From a virus (taxonomy: Duplodnaviria; Caudoviricetes), in the IMG/VR virus record IMGVR_UViG_3300020047_005740, positions 777 to 64,776 of that record: a DNA stretch of 64,000 nt; one strand, 5' to 3'. The translations under genes and the position numbers were made by a program. Positions 62,684 through 64,000 of this stretch are shown here, piece after piece (the stretch's first letter is position 1; each line of letters starts with the position of its first letter). The notes below the pieces were generated by a model that worked only from the letters and a program-made list of their open reading frames with translations, did no database searches and was not told the DNA's origin.

Positions 62684-63228
62684 ACGTAGATAAGCTCTGG
62701 GATAACGGACTCAATGGATGGTCTTGGCAGATTAAGAGTGAGTTCACTGACCTTCTAAAACTCATGCAGAAGAGAGAGATAGGTTCTGTCATCGAGATAG
62801 GTTGTTACGACGGAGGCACTGCAGCAGGATTCCTCGCACTCGGATGCAGTGTAGTCAGTGTGGATATTGCAAAGAGACCTCGCGTATCAGAGCTTGAAAC
62901 CACTTATAGCAACTATCATTTCTTTAAGGGGACGAGTGAGGAGTATGTATCAGCATTGCAGTCTGGCACCGAAAAGTCTCACCGCTTTGATATGGCGTTT
63001 ATTGATGGCGACCATACATATGATTGGGCACTTCGGGATTATAGAGCTGTGCGCCCTCTTATACCTGATGGGGGTCTTATTGTGTTCCACGATATTGTAG
63101 ACAGTCCACATCACAGGAAGAATAACTGTGAGGTGTATAAGCTCTGGCAAGAGTTGAAAGTAAGGGGTATTACGATGGAGTTTTGTGCAGGAGATATTTG
63201 GGGCGGTATCGGAGTCTATCTCAGATGA
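62677..63228 (+). CDS. Class I SAM-dependent methyltransferase (Methyltransf_24-like)
   Basis: IEIGCYDGGT and FIDGDHTY...DGGLIVFHDI. Confidence 0.85.
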   Translation: MVDVDKLWDNGLNGWSWQIKSEFTDLLKLMQKREIGSVIEIGCYDGGTAAGFLALGCSVVSVDIAKRPRVSELETTYSNYHFFKGTSEEYVSALQSGTEKSHRFDMAFIDGDHTYDWALRDYRAVRPLIPDGGLIVFHDIVDSPHHRKNNCEVYKLWQELKVRGITMEFCAGDIWGGIGVYLR

Positions 63229-64000
63229 GACATTGGTTAGCTGTCTGCACAATCGTACGTAATGAAGCTCGGTACATGAAGGAGTGGATAGAGAACCACC
63301 TTCTTGAAGGTGTCACCATGTTCTTCATCTACGACAATGGTTCGACCGATAACTTACGCGAGATACTGAAGCCTTTCAACTACTGTACCTACCTTATAGA
63401 CTGGCCATTACATCCAGGGCAGAAGGCAGCCTATGCCGACTGTATACAGAGATTCTCCAATACCTGCGAGTGGCTCGCTTTCATAGATGCTGACGAGTTC
63501 TTATACTGTAGGGATAAACGAACGGTCGCTACTGTTTTGAATGAGTTCCACTATGCGAGCGCAATCGCTGTACACTGGCTCCTGTTTGGCAGCAATGGAG
63601 AGATTGAAGCTGACGGTAAGACAGACGACGGGGAAGACATTCCTGTAGTATGCAGATTTATCAGACGAGCCAAGGACGTAAACCCTCACGTAAAGAGTAT
63701 CGTTCGTACATCGTGCCTCAATGGTGTTGGGTATGACGTACACTGCTTCGACGTTATCGGTGATATCGTAGACGAGAAACACCTACACCTACCGAAGCAT
63801 TACTCATTAGACTACAACGGTACGGCAGATGTGCTGGCGATTAATCACTATCATACTAAGTCGAAGGAAGAATATAAACAGAAGTGTCTACGGGGTAGAG
63901 CAGATACAGGCGAAGTGCGTGACTTTGAATCCAGTTTTGCGGCTCACGACGTGAATGAGGTTAAGGATACTGTGCTTAGAAGGAAGAGACATGAGTATTA
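63225..64000 (+). CDS. Glycosyltransferase GT92/GT2_4-like (runs to window edge)
   Basis: Own translation, not in ORF track: LAVCTIVRNEARYMKEWIENH...IYDNGSTD...WLAFIDADEFL...INHYHTKSKEEY; at least 258 aa. Confidence 0.85.
   Translation, partial: MRHWLAVCTIVRNEARYMKEWIENHLLEGVTMFFIYDNGSTDNLREILKPFNYCTYLIDWPLHPGQKAAYADCIQRFSNTCEWLAFIDADEFLYCRDKRTVATVLNEFHYASAIAVHWLLFGSNGEIEADGKTDDGEDIPVVCRFIRRAKDVNPHVKSIVRTSCLNGVGYDVHCFDVIGDIVDEKHLHLPKHYSLDYNGTADVLAINHYHTKSKEEYKQKCLRGRADTGEVRDFESSFAAHDVNEVKDTVLRRKRHEY

Noticed and set aside
1-64000. tRNA genes, diversity-generating retroelement, integrase, alternative genetic code
   Set aside because: No cloverleaf seen in intergenic gaps, no reverse transcriptase or template/variable repeat pair, no recombinase motifs; long ORFs are intact under the standard code and all three stops are used.

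Overview
The window is a continuous stretch of a tailed dsDNA phage genome (Caudoviricetes, podovirus-like architecture), probably near-complete and opened at an arbitrary point; genes are truncated at both ends. Layout: (1) 1-3127 (+): HNH tail, GT2-like glycosyltransferase, nuclease, RuvC-like resolvase, DUF5675-like protein. (2) 3117-36845 (-): morphogenesis operon with portal, scaffold, a major capsid protein with a Cys-rich C-terminal extension, many fibre/decoration genes, a 1007-aa tailspike-like protein, nozzle, adaptor and four large internal virion proteins, one with a lytic transglycosylase domain. (3) 36890-38752 (+): large terminase, inverted relative to portal. (4) 39392-43934 (+): early region with a near-consensus sigma70 promoter, small genes and repeated hairpin elements. 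(5) 43935-47235: an inverted-repeat/iteron origin candidate plus a (-) strand RHH and primase-helicase cassette. (6) 47332-64000 (+): SNF2 helicase, nucleoside-hydrolase-like protein, many small modular genes, Cas4-like exonuclease, SSB, family A DNA polymerase, then an envelope/glycan-modification cluster (LpxR-like lipid A deacylase, papain-like protease, methyltransferase, GT92-like glycosyltransferase). I saw no RNA polymerase, integrase, tRNA or CRISPR array. An Illumina adapter fragment is embedded in the tailspike gene at 21549-21582. All family assignments come from motif recognition by eye, not database searches.
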